Below are positions 11,178 through 21,115 of a DNA stretch of 40,821 nt, one piece after another (the stretch's first letter is position 1; each line of letters opens with the position of its first letter). Location of the stretch: the sequence record DRR723986_1305, one strand, 5' to 3'. The notes beneath the pieces were generated by a model. That model was not told where the DNA came from. It ran no database searches and worked only from the letters and a program-made list of their open reading frames with translations. The position numbers were made by a program, and so were the translations under genes.

Positions 11178-12482
11178 ATGGCGCTGATCGAAAACGGGCA
11201 TACCCACAGCTTGGCAGAATTGGCAGCCCATCGGCAAAGCGCCTGGGCGCTGCAGGCGGCCCATGTTGCCGAAAATTCCAACTTTTATCAACGGCTGTGG
11301 CAGGGCAAGGCACCGCCTAAATACCTGCAAGACCTGCCAGAACTGCCCTTTTCCGATAAGGCCGATCTGCGCCTGTCGCAGCCGGCCCACCCACCCTTTG
11401 GCGATTATCTGGCAGCCCCCGCGCATCAGGTGGCGCGGCTGCATCGCACCTCGGGCACCACGGGGCAGGCGATGAACCTGGCGCTGAGCGCGCGCGATTG
11501 TGTGATCACCGAAACCGTGGGAGCGCGCGCGCAGGGCCTGGCCGGGCTGGGGCCGGGCATGATGGTGGTGCATTGCCTGAATTATCAGATGTGGATGGGC
11601 GGGCTGACAGATCATATGACGCTGGAACGCACCGGCGCCACGGTGGTGCCCTTTGGCGTGGGCGGCACGGAATTGCTGATCAACACGATCTTGGAAACCG
11701 GCATCACCGCGATTTCCTGCACCCCCTCATACCCGGCGGTGCTGGAACGGGTGATCGCAGACCGTTTCCCCCATCTCAAGCCCCGCGATCTGGGGCTGAA
11801 ACTGGGGCTGTTTGGCGGCGAGCCGGGGCTTGATGACCCGGCGCTGCGCCAGCGCTTTCACGATACCTGGGGCCTGCAGCCGCGCAATTCGAACTATGGC
11901 GTGTCAGATGTATTTTGCAATTTCGCCTCGGAATGCCCGCATGACAGCGCGCTGCATTTCGTGGCCCATGACGTGCTGCATACCGAATTGATCGATCCCG
12001 ATACAGGCGCGCCAAAACCCATAGAGCCAGGCGCCGAGGGCGAATTGGTGCTTACCCATCTGGCCCGCGATTGCCAGCCCTTGGTGCGCTTTCGCACGGG
12101 CGATATTTTGCACATCACCGATACCCAGCCCTGCGCCTGCGGCTGCCATGGGTTTCGGTTTCGGGTGGTGGGGCGCTCGGATGATATGGTGGTGGTGCGG
12201 GGGCTGAACATGTTTCCCACCATGGTGGCGGCGGTTGTGACCAGCTTTGCCGAATTGTCGGGCGATTACCGCATCATGCTAGACAGCCCCCCGCCCCACG
12301 ATGTGCTGCCCGTGCATGTCGAGCTGGCAGCGCAGGCGGCAGATACCCCCGATCTGGCCCCTCGCATCGAGGCGGAATTCAAAAAACGCCTGGGCGCAAC
12401 GATCCGCATAACCGTGCAGCCACACGGCACATTCCCGCGCACCGAAGGCAAAACCAAACGCGTGATCAGGAGCTATGAATGA
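11178..12482 (+). CDS. Phenylacetate-CoA ligase (PaaK) family acyl-CoA ligase
   Basis: HRTSGTTG, YGVSD, PLVRFRTGD, GRSDDMVVVRGLNMFP, PRTEGKTKRVI. Confidence 0.88.
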   Translation: MALIENGHTHSLAELAAHRQSAWALQAAHVAENSNFYQRLWQGKAPPKYLQDLPELPFSDKADLRLSQPAHPPFGDYLAAPAHQVARLHRTSGTTGQAMNLALSARDCVITETVGARAQGLAGLGPGMMVVHCLNYQMWMGGLTDHMTLERTGATVVPFGVGGTELLINTILETGITAISCTPSYPAVLERVIADRFPHLKPRDLGLKLGLFGGEPGLDDPALRQRFHDTWGLQPRNSNYGVSDVFCNFASECPHDSALHFVAHDVLHTELIDPDTGAPKPIEPGAEGELVLTHLARDCQPLVRFRTGDILHITDTQPCACGCHGFRFRVVGRSDDMVVVRGLNMFPTMVAAVVTSFAELSGDYRIMLDSPPPHDVLPVHVELAAQAADTPDLAPRIEAEFKKRLGATIRITVQPHGTFPRTEGKTKRVIRSYE

Positions 12483-13240
12483 GCGCATATACCTATGAAA
12501 CCGTGCAATCGGCCCTCACCGCCCCAGGCGTGCGCACCATCACGCTGAACCGCCCGCAGGCGCTGAACGCGATGAACCTGCAGCTGATATTGGATGTGGC
12601 GCGGGCCTTTGACGATGCCAATGCCTGCCCCGACACGCGCGCGATTGTGTTTACCGGGGCGGGGCGTGCCTTTTGCGCGGGGGATGATCGCAACGAACAT
12701 GTGCACCCCGAAACCGAACAAGAGGCGCGCAGGCTGGTCGATGCCATTCAGGCCGCAACCGTGGCCATCATGTTTGGCGCAAAGCCAGTGGTGGGCGCCA
12801 TCAATGGCTGGGCCGTGGGCGGCGGGTTTGAATGGGCGATCAATTGCGATTTTCCCATCTGGGGCGAAAGCGCGCGAGGGTTTTTCCCCGAAGTGTCGCT
12901 GAACCTGTTTGTCACCGGCGCTGTGACCCATATTTTGCCAGGCCTTGTTGGCCCCTATAAAGCGCGCGAGATGCTGTTTTTGGGCGCAAAATACAGCGCC
13001 GCCGATCTGCACAGCTTGGGCGTGGCATGGCGCGTGGCCGCGGATGACGATCTGCAGCGCCAGGCGCAACAGGTGGCCGGCCAGCTGGCAGCCCTGCCCC
13101 CGCTGGCCTGCCGGGCGATGAAACGGGTGTTAAATCAAGCCACGGCAGGAGGGCTAAAAACCGCGCTCGAGCTGGAAACCGAGGCCACCGTGGCCGGTTT
13201 CATGGACCCGGAAACAACCCGGCTTTTGAAAAGCTTTTGA
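12479..13240 (+). CDS. Enoyl-CoA hydratase/isomerase (crotonase)
   Basis: LNRPQALNAM, FCAGDD, AVGGGFE...FFPEV; ATGA overlap with the upstream ligase. Confidence 0.92.
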   Translation: MSAYTYETVQSALTAPGVRTITLNRPQALNAMNLQLILDVARAFDDANACPDTRAIVFTGAGRAFCAGDDRNEHVHPETEQEARRLVDAIQAATVAIMFGAKPVVGAINGWAVGGGFEWAINCDFPIWGESARGFFPEVSLNLFVTGAVTHILPGLVGPYKAREMLFLGAKYSAADLHSLGVAWRVAADDDLQRQAQQVAGQLAALPPLACRAMKRVLNQATAGGLKTALELETEATVAGFMDPETTRLLKSF

Positions 13241-13247
13241 ACAAAAA

Positions 13248-13279
13248 GGGCCAGCCGCACCCGGTGGGTGGGCTGGCCC
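13248..13279. terminator. Hairpin between convergent genes
   Basis: gggccagcc...ggctggccc inverted repeat, preceded by an A-run (a U-tract on the minus strand). Confidence 0.6.
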
Positions 13280-13326
13280 ATGGCAATCATGGCCAGAATG
13301 GCCGGCATGGCCGGATGTGCCAAGCG

Positions 13327-14439
13327 TTAGGCGAGATGCGGGAAATAATCCTCGCAGGTGCCTTCGCGATAGACATCGGCGGTGCAGCAATGCAGCCCGC
13401 CACCAAAGGCATAGGCATCGCGCAGCTCTACCTCGACCACCTCCATGCCCAGCTTGTCCATCTGTTCGGCCTGATACACCTCGGATTTCTCGACACAGAC
13501 GGTTTTCGGGTCTAGCACCAGCACGTTCATCGACAACCACACGCTGGAATAGCACAGCGGCGGCGGGGCGTTATGCGCGGGCTGGGCGGCATCTACGATC
13601 TCCCAGCCGTTTTGCTCGAACATCTGGCGCTGGTCATCGGGCAGGCGGCGGCGCGGGTTGTTCAAGATCAGCCCCGGGCGCAGCGGTGTGAAGGTGGCAT
13701 CGATATGGATGGGATAGGGATCGCCGGGGAAATTCACCGCATGCACGCGATGATCGGGGAAATGGCGGCGCAGCCATTCGATACCTTTCAAATTGGTGGT
13801 AAAGCCGTGCTGCACCACCAGATCGCGGCCAAAGCGCAAAACATCGGCGGCATCAAACAGCGGCTCTTCTTCGGTGGTGACAAAGAATTTCTGCGCCGTC
13901 CATTCCAGACGCTTTTCGATGCCGATTTTCTCGCTCAGGTAATCGGGGCGGTAATCGGCATCGGTCAGGCGCGGCTTGGGCGCGCTTTCGTGGCGGAAAT
14001 TTGGATCTTCGTTGAAATATTTCTGCATCAACGGGCGGTAGTTCAGATATTCGAACCACCGGCATCGATACGACATGGTGGCTTCCAGCATTTCCGAGCC
14101 CACCGTCAACAACACATCGCGCGGCGGCATGCAGCCAAATTGGCTGTCGGTGTGGAAATCAGGCGTGGTGACGGGCAAAGAATGATCGATACAGGTGGGC
14201 CGATCAACACGAATGCCGCGATCTGTCAGCTGTTTTGCAAAAGCATCCAGCAATTCATTGGCCCGGTCGATTGTCTCTTGCGGGCGCCGCCCCCATTGGC
14301 CGCGCATATCGCTGTCTTCGGGCACTTTGGCGTCCAACGCGGGCTCTTCCGGCGGGATGTGGCAATTATCGGCCCGGCCCACGATGACATGTTTCAACGG
14401 GTCCCATTCATTCCAGCTGTTTACAACAGTCTTTTCCAT
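13327..14439 (-). CDS. Amidinotransferase (L-Arg:glycine/inosamine amidinotransferase family)
   Basis: VNSWNEWDPLKHVIVG, PRDVLL, FDAADV (Asp), PIHID (His), GGGLHCCTAD (Cys). Start placed at ATG 14439. Confidence 0.92.
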   Translation of the reverse strand: MEKTVVNSWNEWDPLKHVIVGRADNCHIPPEEPALDAKVPEDSDMRGQWGRRPQETIDRANELLDAFAKQLTDRGIRVDRPTCIDHSLPVTTPDFHTDSQFGCMPPRDVLLTVGSEMLEATMSYRCRWFEYLNYRPLMQKYFNEDPNFRHESAPKPRLTDADYRPDYLSEKIGIEKRLEWTAQKFFVTTEEEPLFDAADVLRFGRDLVVQHGFTTNLKGIEWLRRHFPDHRVHAVNFPGDPYPIHIDATFTPLRPGLILNNPRRRLPDDQRQMFEQNGWEIVDAAQPAHNAPPPLCYSSVWLSMNVLVLDPKTVCVEKSEVYQAEQMDKLGMEVVEVELRDAYAFGGGLHCCTADVYREGTCEDYFPHLA

Positions 14440-14559
14440 TTTTCGTCCTGTTCCCAACAAGGTTTCGTGCCAGCACCTGCCGCGCCAACGCAGCCATGCC
14501 AGATCAGCGCACGATGGCCAAAACCGCGCGCCGGGGCAAGCGCGCAAACGGCTGGGCAG

Positions 14560-14597
14560 AAAAAAACCCCAATGCGCGGATCGGTCCGCGTTTTGGG
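14560..14597 (-). promoter_or_regulatory. Intrinsic terminator-like hairpin in the amidinotransferase 5' region
   Basis: Minus strand reads cccaaaacgcgga-ccga-tccgcgcattgggg followed by T7, about 120 nt upstream of the start codon. Confidence 0.45.
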
Positions 14598-14684
14598 CTT
14601 GTCTTGGGCGCGCAATAGGCCAATCTTTGGGCATCCTCGGGCACAGGTGATCAGGGCCGCATTGCAAGCTATGAAAGGCGCAAA

Positions 14685-15611
14685 ATGCACCAAAAGGCAC
14701 TTGGGCCCGCACCGGCGCGCCCCCTTCTTTGGGTGGTTATGCTGGGGGTTGGCATGGCGTGGGGGGCAACCACGCCGCTGAGCAAAATTGCAATGGCTGG
14801 CGACATTCACCCCATCGGCGCCACAATCTGGCAATGCCTGATCTTGTCGCTGGTGCTCAGCGCCGCGCTGCTGGCGCAGGGGCGGCGGCTGCCTTTGGGG
14901 CGGGCCTATATCGGGTTTTACCTGCTGCTGGGGCTACTGGGCACAGCGCTGCCGCATCCGCTGGGCTATTTGGCGGCCCGGCATTTGCCCGCAAGCGTGC
15001 TTTCGGTGGTTTTGGCGGGCATTCCCATGGTGACACTGCTGGTGGCCAGCCTTGCCGGCATCGACCGGCCAAGCCCAAGGCGGGTTTTGGGCCTGCTGTG
15101 CGGCTTTGCCGCGATTGTGGTGTTGGTGGCCCCGTCAGGCAGCCTGCCCCAGGGTGTGGCATGGCTGTGGGTGCTGCTGCCCATCGCCAGCGCCTTTAGC
15201 TATGCGCTGGAAAATGTCTGTATCGACAAGCTGCGCCTGCCCCAGCTGGACCCGCTGTCAACGCTATGCGGCCTGTCTTGGGGGGCCTTGGCGCTAAGCG
15301 CCCCGCTGGCCTTGCTGCCGGGGGTGGCGGTGGCACCCTGGCCGCTGGATACGGGCCGCTGGGCGTTACTGGCCATCACCATGCTGCATATGGGCGCCTA
15401 TTTCGGCCTGATCTGGATGATCGGCCAGGCCGGTGCGGTTTTTGCCACCCAAGTCAGCTATGTGGTGACGCTATCGGGCATCAGCTTTGCCATCGTGTTT
15501 CTGAACGAGCCTGCCACACCGGCGCTGGCCGTGTCGGTGGTGCTGATGGTGCTGGGCCTGTCATTGGTGCGCCCACGCCAAGGGGCAAACGCGCGCCCGG
15601 GCCCACCCTGA
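14685..15611 (+). CDS. DMT/EamA family transporter
   Basis: About 10 TM segments, AWGATTPLSK, AGAVFATQVSY...FLNEP. Confidence 0.88.
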   Translation: MHQKALGPAPARPLLWVVMLGVGMAWGATTPLSKIAMAGDIHPIGATIWQCLILSLVLSAALLAQGRRLPLGRAYIGFYLLLGLLGTALPHPLGYLAARHLPASVLSVVLAGIPMVTLLVASLAGIDRPSPRRVLGLLCGFAAIVVLVAPSGSLPQGVAWLWVLLPIASAFSYALENVCIDKLRLPQLDPLSTLCGLSWGALALSAPLALLPGVAVAPWPLDTGRWALLAITMLHMGAYFGLIWMIGQAGAVFATQVSYVVTLSGISFAIVFLNEPATPALAVSVVLMVLGLSLVRPRQGANARPGPP

Positions 15612-15741
15612 TCATGCGAAACAGTTTTCCGTTCTGCGGTATTGTTTGGCGGCGCAATCCGTCCTAGCCTGAGCGCAGGGAGGACATCATGCGACACGCA
15701 CCAAACCCGCGGCACCAGTGCCGCCCATTGTGGCTATTGGC

Positions 15742-17454
15742 ATGGCTGGCTTAAGTTTTCAGCAGGCCGCAGCCCATGTGCTGGCCACCGAACCCCTGTT
15801 CGCAGTGACCGAGGCCGAGATTCGCGGCATCCGGTATAAGGTGTTCAAAAACATCCCCACCAGCGTGCCCGCATTGTTGCACGCAGCCCTGCCCGCCCAC
15901 CAGGATGGCACGGCTGAATATCTGGTCTATGGTGAAGAACGGCTGAGCTACGGCGCGTTTTGCACCCAAGTCTACCGCCTGGCCCATGCCCTGCGCCAAG
16001 ACTATGGGCTTCAGCCCGGCCAACGCGTGGCGATTGCCATGCGCAATTACCCCGAATTGTTGATGCTGATCATGGCCATTAGCGCCGCTGGCGGGGTGGT
16101 GGTGTTTTTGAACGCCTGGTGGACCGGCGCGGAACTGGCTTATGCCATCTCTGACAGCCAGCCCGCGCTGGTTTTTGCCGATGGCCCGCGGGCCGAACGG
16201 CTGCAGGGGCAGCCCGACTGTGCATCGCTAAGGGTGATCGGGGTGCACGACGGCGAGCCGCTTTGCGCCGAGAAAATCAGCCCAATGCTGGCCGATGGCC
16301 GCCCCGCCCCCCTGCCCGATCTTGCGGCGATTGGCGCAGATGATGATTTCGCCATCATGTATTCCTCGGGCACCACGGGCCAGCCCAAAGGGGTGGTGCA
16401 AACCCATCGCGGCGCGCTGAACGCGGTGTTCACCTGGGCCATGCAGGCGGCCATGGCGCCGCTGATGGACCCGCCCGCCGCCGATGCGCCCCCCCCACCA
16501 CGGCCATCGGCGCTGGTGGTTACACCGCTCTTTCATGTGACCGCCACGCATCCGGTGTTTTTGCTTAGCCTGCCCGCCGGTGCAAAGCTGGTGTTGATGC
16601 ACAAATGGCAGCCCGAAGAGGCAGTGGCATTGATAAAACGCGAAGCGATCACGCGGTTTTTGGGCGTGCCCACGCAATCGGCCGATCTGCTGGCCGCGGC
16701 CGAGCGGCTGGGGGTGGCGCTGGACAGCCTTGATTACATCGGCGCCGGTGGCGCCAAACGCCCCCCCGCCCAAGTGGCCGAGCTGACCCGCGCCTTTCCC
16801 AATGCCAAACCCGCCACTGGCTGGGGCATGACCGAGACAAATGCCAATGGCATCGGGCTGGTGGGCCCCGATTACGCCTCGCGCCCCGATGTGGCGGGCA
16901 GGCTTTACCCGCCGGTGCAAGAGCTGCGCATCCTCAATGAGGCAGGCCAGGAGGTGCCCATGGGCCAGGTGGGGGAATTGACCGTCAAAAGCCCCTGTAA
17001 CATGCGCTGCTATCTGAACAAACCCGAGGCCACAGCCGAGGTGCTGCAAGATGGCTGGCTGCGCACGGGCGATCTGGGCAGGATCGACGCCGAGGGCTTT
17101 GTGACCATCGTTGATCGCAAGAAAAACATCATCATCCGGGGTGGCGAAAATATCGCCTGTCTCGATGTCGAGGCAGCCCTGCACCGCCACCCCGATGTGC
17201 TAGAGGCCTGCGTTTTTGCCCTGCCCGATGCGCGCCTGGGCGAGGCGGTGGGCGCAGCTGTGCATCTGCGCCCCGGCACAAGTGCGCCCCCAGAGGCGCT
17301 GCAGGCGTTTTTGGCAGGCCAGATTGCCGCCTTTAAGATACCCGCACATATCTGGCTGTTCGACACGCCCCTGCCCCGCGGCGCCACCGCCAAACTGGAC
17401 CGCCGCGCAATACAGGCGCGCGCCCAGAGCTGGCTGCAAAAGGCGCAACACTAG
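15742..17454 (+). CDS. Long-chain acyl-CoA synthetase (class I adenylate-forming)
   Basis: MYSSGTTGQPKG, GWGMTET, GWLRTGD, DRKKNIIIRGGENI. Confidence 0.92.
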   Translation: MAGLSFQQAAAHVLATEPLFAVTEAEIRGIRYKVFKNIPTSVPALLHAALPAHQDGTAEYLVYGEERLSYGAFCTQVYRLAHALRQDYGLQPGQRVAIAMRNYPELLMLIMAISAAGGVVVFLNAWWTGAELAYAISDSQPALVFADGPRAERLQGQPDCASLRVIGVHDGEPLCAEKISPMLADGRPAPLPDLAAIGADDDFAIMYSSGTTGQPKGVVQTHRGALNAVFTWAMQAAMAPLMDPPAADAPPPPRPSALVVTPLFHVTATHPVFLLSLPAGAKLVLMHKWQPEEAVALIKREAITRFLGVPTQSADLLAAAERLGVALDSLDYIGAGGAKRPPAQVAELTRAFPNAKPATGWGMTETNANGIGLVGPDYASRPDVAGRLYPPVQELRILNEAGQEVPMGQVGELTVKSPCNMRCYLNKPEATAEVLQDGWLRTGDLGRIDAEGFVTIVDRKKNIIIRGGENIACLDVEAALHRHPDVLEACVFALPDARLGEAVGAAVHLRPGTSAPPEALQAFLAGQIAAFKIPAHIWLFDTPLPRGATAKLDRRAIQARAQSWLQKAQH

Positions 17455-17529
17455 CGCCCGTGCAGGCGCGGCAGAACGGGTAAAATGAGTATTTAGAGCA
17501 AGATGAAACAGGAAGGGGAGCAAGAAAAA

Positions 17530-18303
17530 ATGAGCCGGCTTTTTGATTTGAGCGGCAAGGTGGCGGTGTTGACCGGCGCCTCGAAGGGGATGGGGCTGGC
17601 CATGGCCACGGCCCTGGCCGAGCATGGCGCGCGCGTGGTGATCTCATCGCGCAAGCAAGATCAATTGGATGCCGCGGCCGCGGCGATCAACGAACAGGTA
17701 GGCGCCGAGCGGGCGGTGGGGATTGCCTGCAATGTGGGCTATAAAGAGCAGCTGGGCGCGCTGATTGAAAAAACCCGCGCCGATCTGGGGCCGATCGATG
17801 TGGTGGTGGGCAATGCCGGGGTGAACCCCTATTATGGCGTCACCTCGGAGATACCCGATAGCGCCTATGAAAAGACCATGCAGGCCAATGTGCAGGCCAA
17901 TCTGTGGCTGGCGCAATTGGCGGTGCCGGAGATGGTGGCGCGGGGGGCTGGATCGATGATGTTTACCTCGTCGATTGGGGCTTTTAAGCCTTCGGTGATG
18001 CTGGGCACTTATGGCATGTCGAAACTGGCCCTGATCGGGTTGGTGCGCAATTTGGCGGCGGAATTTGGGCCAAGCGGGGTGCGCTTTAACGCCATTTGCC
18101 CAGGGCTGGTGCGCACCGATTTTGCCCGCGAGCTGTGGGACAACCCGGAAGTGGAACAGCGCATTTCCAAAGATATTCCGCTGCGCCGCTTGGGCAGCCC
18201 CGAGGATTTTGCCGGGCTGGCGGTGTATCTGGCCTCGGATGCCAGCGCCTATATGACGGGGCAGGCGCTGACGGTGTGCGGCGGCTCGAATATGTGGACA
18301 TAA
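17530..18303 (+). CDS. Classical SDR oxidoreductase
   Basis: TGASKGMG, GNAG, YGMSK, NAICPG. Confidence 0.92.
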   Translation: MSRLFDLSGKVAVLTGASKGMGLAMATALAEHGARVVISSRKQDQLDAAAAAINEQVGAERAVGIACNVGYKEQLGALIEKTRADLGPIDVVVGNAGVNPYYGVTSEIPDSAYEKTMQANVQANLWLAQLAVPEMVARGAGSMMFTSSIGAFKPSVMLGTYGMSKLALIGLVRNLAAEFGPSGVRFNAICPGLVRTDFARELWDNPEVEQRISKDIPLRRLGSPEDFAGLAVYLASDASAYMTGQALTVCGGSNMWT

Positions 18304-18312
18304 GGGGGTGAT

Positions 18313-19095
18313 ATGGAACTGAAAGACAAAATTATCGTGGTGACAGGGGCGGCCAGCGGTATTGGCCGGGCCTTGGCGCAGCGGTTTGCCGCCGAGGGCG
18401 CGCGCAAGGTGATCTGTGCAGATCTGAATTTGGCCGGGGCGGAAGAGACTGCGCACGCTATTGATGGCCTGGCCTGGCAGGTGGATGTGGCCCAGGAGGC
18501 CGAGATTGCCACGATGATCGCGCGGGTTGAGGATGAGATCGGGCCGATCGATCTGTTTTGCTCGAATGCCGGGATTTTAACCGTGGGCGGCGTGGAAGTG
18601 CCCGATGCGCAATGGCAGAAAATTTGGGATATCAATGTGATGTCGCATGTTTGGGCGGCACGGCATTTGGTGCCGCGCATGGCCCAGCGCGGTGGCGGGT
18701 ATCTGCTGAATACCGCTTCGGCTGCGGGGCTGTTGAACCAGGTCGGGTCAGCCCCCTATGGGGTGACAAAACACGCCGCTGTGGGGCTGGCGGAATGGCT
18801 GGCGCTCAGCTATGGCGATCAGGGCATCAAAGTATCGGTGTTGTGCCCGCAAGCGGTGCGCAGCGAAATGACCCGCGGCCATGAAGAGGGCGTGGCGGCC
18901 ATGGACGGGATGCTAGAGCCTGAACCCGTGGCCGAGGCCTGTGTTGAGGCGATACGGGCCGAAACATTTCTGGTTTTGCCCCATGCCGAGGTGCTGGGCT
19001 ATATGCGCAAGAAAACCGAGAACTATGATCGCTGGATCGGCGGCATGCGCAAATTGAACCGCCTGTTCAGGGGCACCGTAGACAAGCGCCAATAG
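18313..19095 (+). CDS. Classical SDR oxidoreductase
   Basis: TGAASGIG, SNAG, YGVTK. Confidence 0.92.
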   Translation: MELKDKIIVVTGAASGIGRALAQRFAAEGARKVICADLNLAGAEETAHAIDGLAWQVDVAQEAEIATMIARVEDEIGPIDLFCSNAGILTVGGVEVPDAQWQKIWDINVMSHVWAARHLVPRMAQRGGGYLLNTASAAGLLNQVGSAPYGVTKHAAVGLAEWLALSYGDQGIKVSVLCPQAVRSEMTRGHEEGVAAMDGMLEPEPVAEACVEAIRAETFLVLPHAEVLGYMRKKTENYDRWIGGMRKLNRLFRGTVDKRQ

Positions 19096-19104
19096 GCCAA
19101 AACA

Positions 19105-19123
19105 GGGGGGCGGCCTGCCCCCC
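19105..19123. terminator. Short GC hairpin between convergent genes
   Basis: ggggggc-ggcct-gcccccc. Confidence 0.45.
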
Positions 19124-19126
19124 TAG

Positions 19127-20368
19127 TTAGCCGCAAAGCGCGCCATGCACCAATGCCTTTAGCTGTGGGCGCGCGGGATACGAGCTGCTGGGGGCCAGCT
19201 GGGTGAAAAACACCACCGACATATCCTGCACCGGATCCATCCAAAAAAAGGTCGAGGCCATGCCGCCCCAGCTGAAATCGCCCACGCTGCCCGGGCAGCG
19301 CGCGCGGCCCGGGTCAAGCACCACGGCGCCGCCCAAGCCAAAGCCCATGCCCTCCATCGGTTGTTCGGCAAAGCTTTGCGGGCCCATCGAGGCGATATCG
19401 CCGGGCAGGTGATTGCGCATCATGAAAGACAGGGTTTGCGGCGACAAAAGCCGCGTATCGCCTGCCTGCCCCCCTTGGCGCAGCATTTCCACAAAGCGCA
19501 TATAATCATCGATCGTGCCCACCAGGCCCCCACCGCCAGAATAGCAGGTGGCATTGTGAAAGATCGATCCTTCGGGCGCATCGGCCAGTTTCAGCCCCTG
19601 CGTGCGGCCGGCGGTATTGTTTAAATCAAACGCGCCGCCGCCTTCGGGGGTGTAAAGTGCGGCAAAGCGGCTTTCGGCGCCTTTCGGCACGGAAAACCCC
19701 GTGCTGTGCATGCCCAGTGGTGTGAAAATATGCTGGTCAAAAAACGCGGCCAGGCTTTGGCCCGATACCACCTCGACCACGCGGCCCAGCACATCGATCG
19801 AGACCGAATATTCCCAACGCGCGCCGGGGCGAAAGGCCAGCGGCAGCGTGGCCAGCCGGGCCACCTGCCCGGCCAGATCGCCCTGATCGGCGCGGAAAAT
19901 GATGCCTTCGTCATCCATCGCCTTGGCCAATACGCCCGGGTTGAACGGGTAGCTTAGCCCCGATGTATGGGTCAGCAGATGATGGAGCGTGGGGGTTTGG
20001 CAGGGCTCGGTTTGATCGATGCGGGTGGCACCGGGCACAAGCGCCTGCATATGCGAAAACGCGGGAATGAAATCAGATACCGGCGCATCAAGATGAAAGA
20101 GCCCGCGTTCGGCCAACATCATGATGGCAACCGACGTGATGGGTTTGGTCATCGAATAGATGCGCACCAGGCTGTCGCGCTGAAAGGCCAGGCCGGCGGC
20201 CACATCGCGCAGGCCTGCGGCGTTGAAATAGGCCTCTTGCCCGGCGCGGCGGATCAGAACCGAACTGCCGGGAAATTGGCCCGCATCGATGTAGCGGTTT
20301 TGCCAATCGCTGATACGGGCCAGACGGCCCGCATCAAAGCCCAGATCAGACAGGGGGAGCGCTGCCAT
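19127..20368 (-). CDS. Serine hydrolase, beta-lactamase/EstB-like esterase family
   Basis: RIYSMTK (SxxK), LLTHTSG, WEYS, WGG motifs. Confidence 0.9.
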   Translation of the reverse strand: MAALPLSDLGFDAGRLARISDWQNRYIDAGQFPGSSVLIRRAGQEAYFNAAGLRDVAAGLAFQRDSLVRIYSMTKPITSVAIMMLAERGLFHLDAPVSDFIPAFSHMQALVPGATRIDQTEPCQTPTLHHLLTHTSGLSYPFNPGVLAKAMDDEGIIFRADQGDLAGQVARLATLPLAFRPGARWEYSVSIDVLGRVVEVVSGQSLAAFFDQHIFTPLGMHSTGFSVPKGAESRFAALYTPEGGGAFDLNNTAGRTQGLKLADAPEGSIFHNATCYSGGGGLVGTIDDYMRFVEMLRQGGQAGDTRLLSPQTLSFMMRNHLPGDIASMGPQSFAEQPMEGMGFGLGGAVVLDPGRARCPGSVGDFSWGGMASTFFWMDPVQDMSVVFFTQLAPSSSYPARPQLKALVHGALCG

Positions 20369-20413
20369 ATGTCACCTTTTGTTTGGCGCCTGGCGCCGGG
20401 CTGGCCAGGCAGA

Positions 20414-21115
20414 TTACACCTCTAGCCATTCTTTTCGCACATCCTCGCGGCGGCGCAACTCGTCTGGGGTGCCTTCGAACACAATTTGCCCATGCCCCAT
20501 CACATAGACCCGGTTTGCAATATCCATGGCGATCGACAATTTTTGCTCGACCAGCAGCGTGGCAATGCCGCGGCGGGCGATTTCTTGTAAAATATCGGCC
20601 ACCTTTTGCACCATTTGCGGCGAAAGCCCCTCGGTTGGTTCGTCGATCATTACAAAATCTGGGTCGCCCATCAGGGTGCGGCACATGGTCAACATTTGCT
20701 GTTCGCCCCCCGACAGCACCGATGCCTCGACATCGGCGCGCTCTTTCAGGTTCGAGAACATATCGAACATATTTTGCATCGACCACCGGCCCATCCCGTC
20801 TTTTTGGCCGGGTTTCAGGCCAAGCGTCAGGTTCTGGCGGGTGGTCAGCCCCGGAAAGATATCGCGGTTTTCGGGCACATAGCCAATGCCAAGATTGGCA
20901 ATTTCATAGGCTTTTTTGCCCGCAATTTCCTGCCCCTTGAACCGCACCGAGCCTTTGGGTTCCAATTCGCCCATGATCGCTTTGCATGTGGTCGAACGGC
21001 CCACGCCGTTGCGGCCCAAAAGGGCAACGATTTCGCCCTCTTGCACATTCATGGTGACACCCTGCAGGATGTGCGATTTGCCGTAATAGGCATGCATATT
21101 CGTGACGTCTAGCAT
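20414..21115 (-). CDS. livF: HAAT-family ABC ATP-binding subunit (LivF-like)
   Basis: GRNGVGRST, LSGGEQQM, DEPTEGL. Confidence 0.9.
   Translation of the reverse strand: MLDVTNMHAYYGKSHILQGVTMNVQEGEIVALLGRNGVGRSTTCKAIMGELEPKGSVRFKGQEIAGKKAYEIANLGIGYVPENRDIFPGLTTRQNLTLGLKPGQKDGMGRWSMQNMFDMFSNLKERADVEASVLSGGEQQMLTMCRTLMGDPDFVMIDEPTEGLSPQMVQKVADILQEIARRGIATLLVEQKLSIAMDIANRVYVMGHGQIVFEGTPDELRRREDVRKEWLEV

Noticed and set aside
19127-20368. Possible beta-lactam resistance gene
   Set aside because: No signal peptide; the LLTHTSG/WGG pattern and catabolic context fit a cytoplasmic EstB-like esterase.
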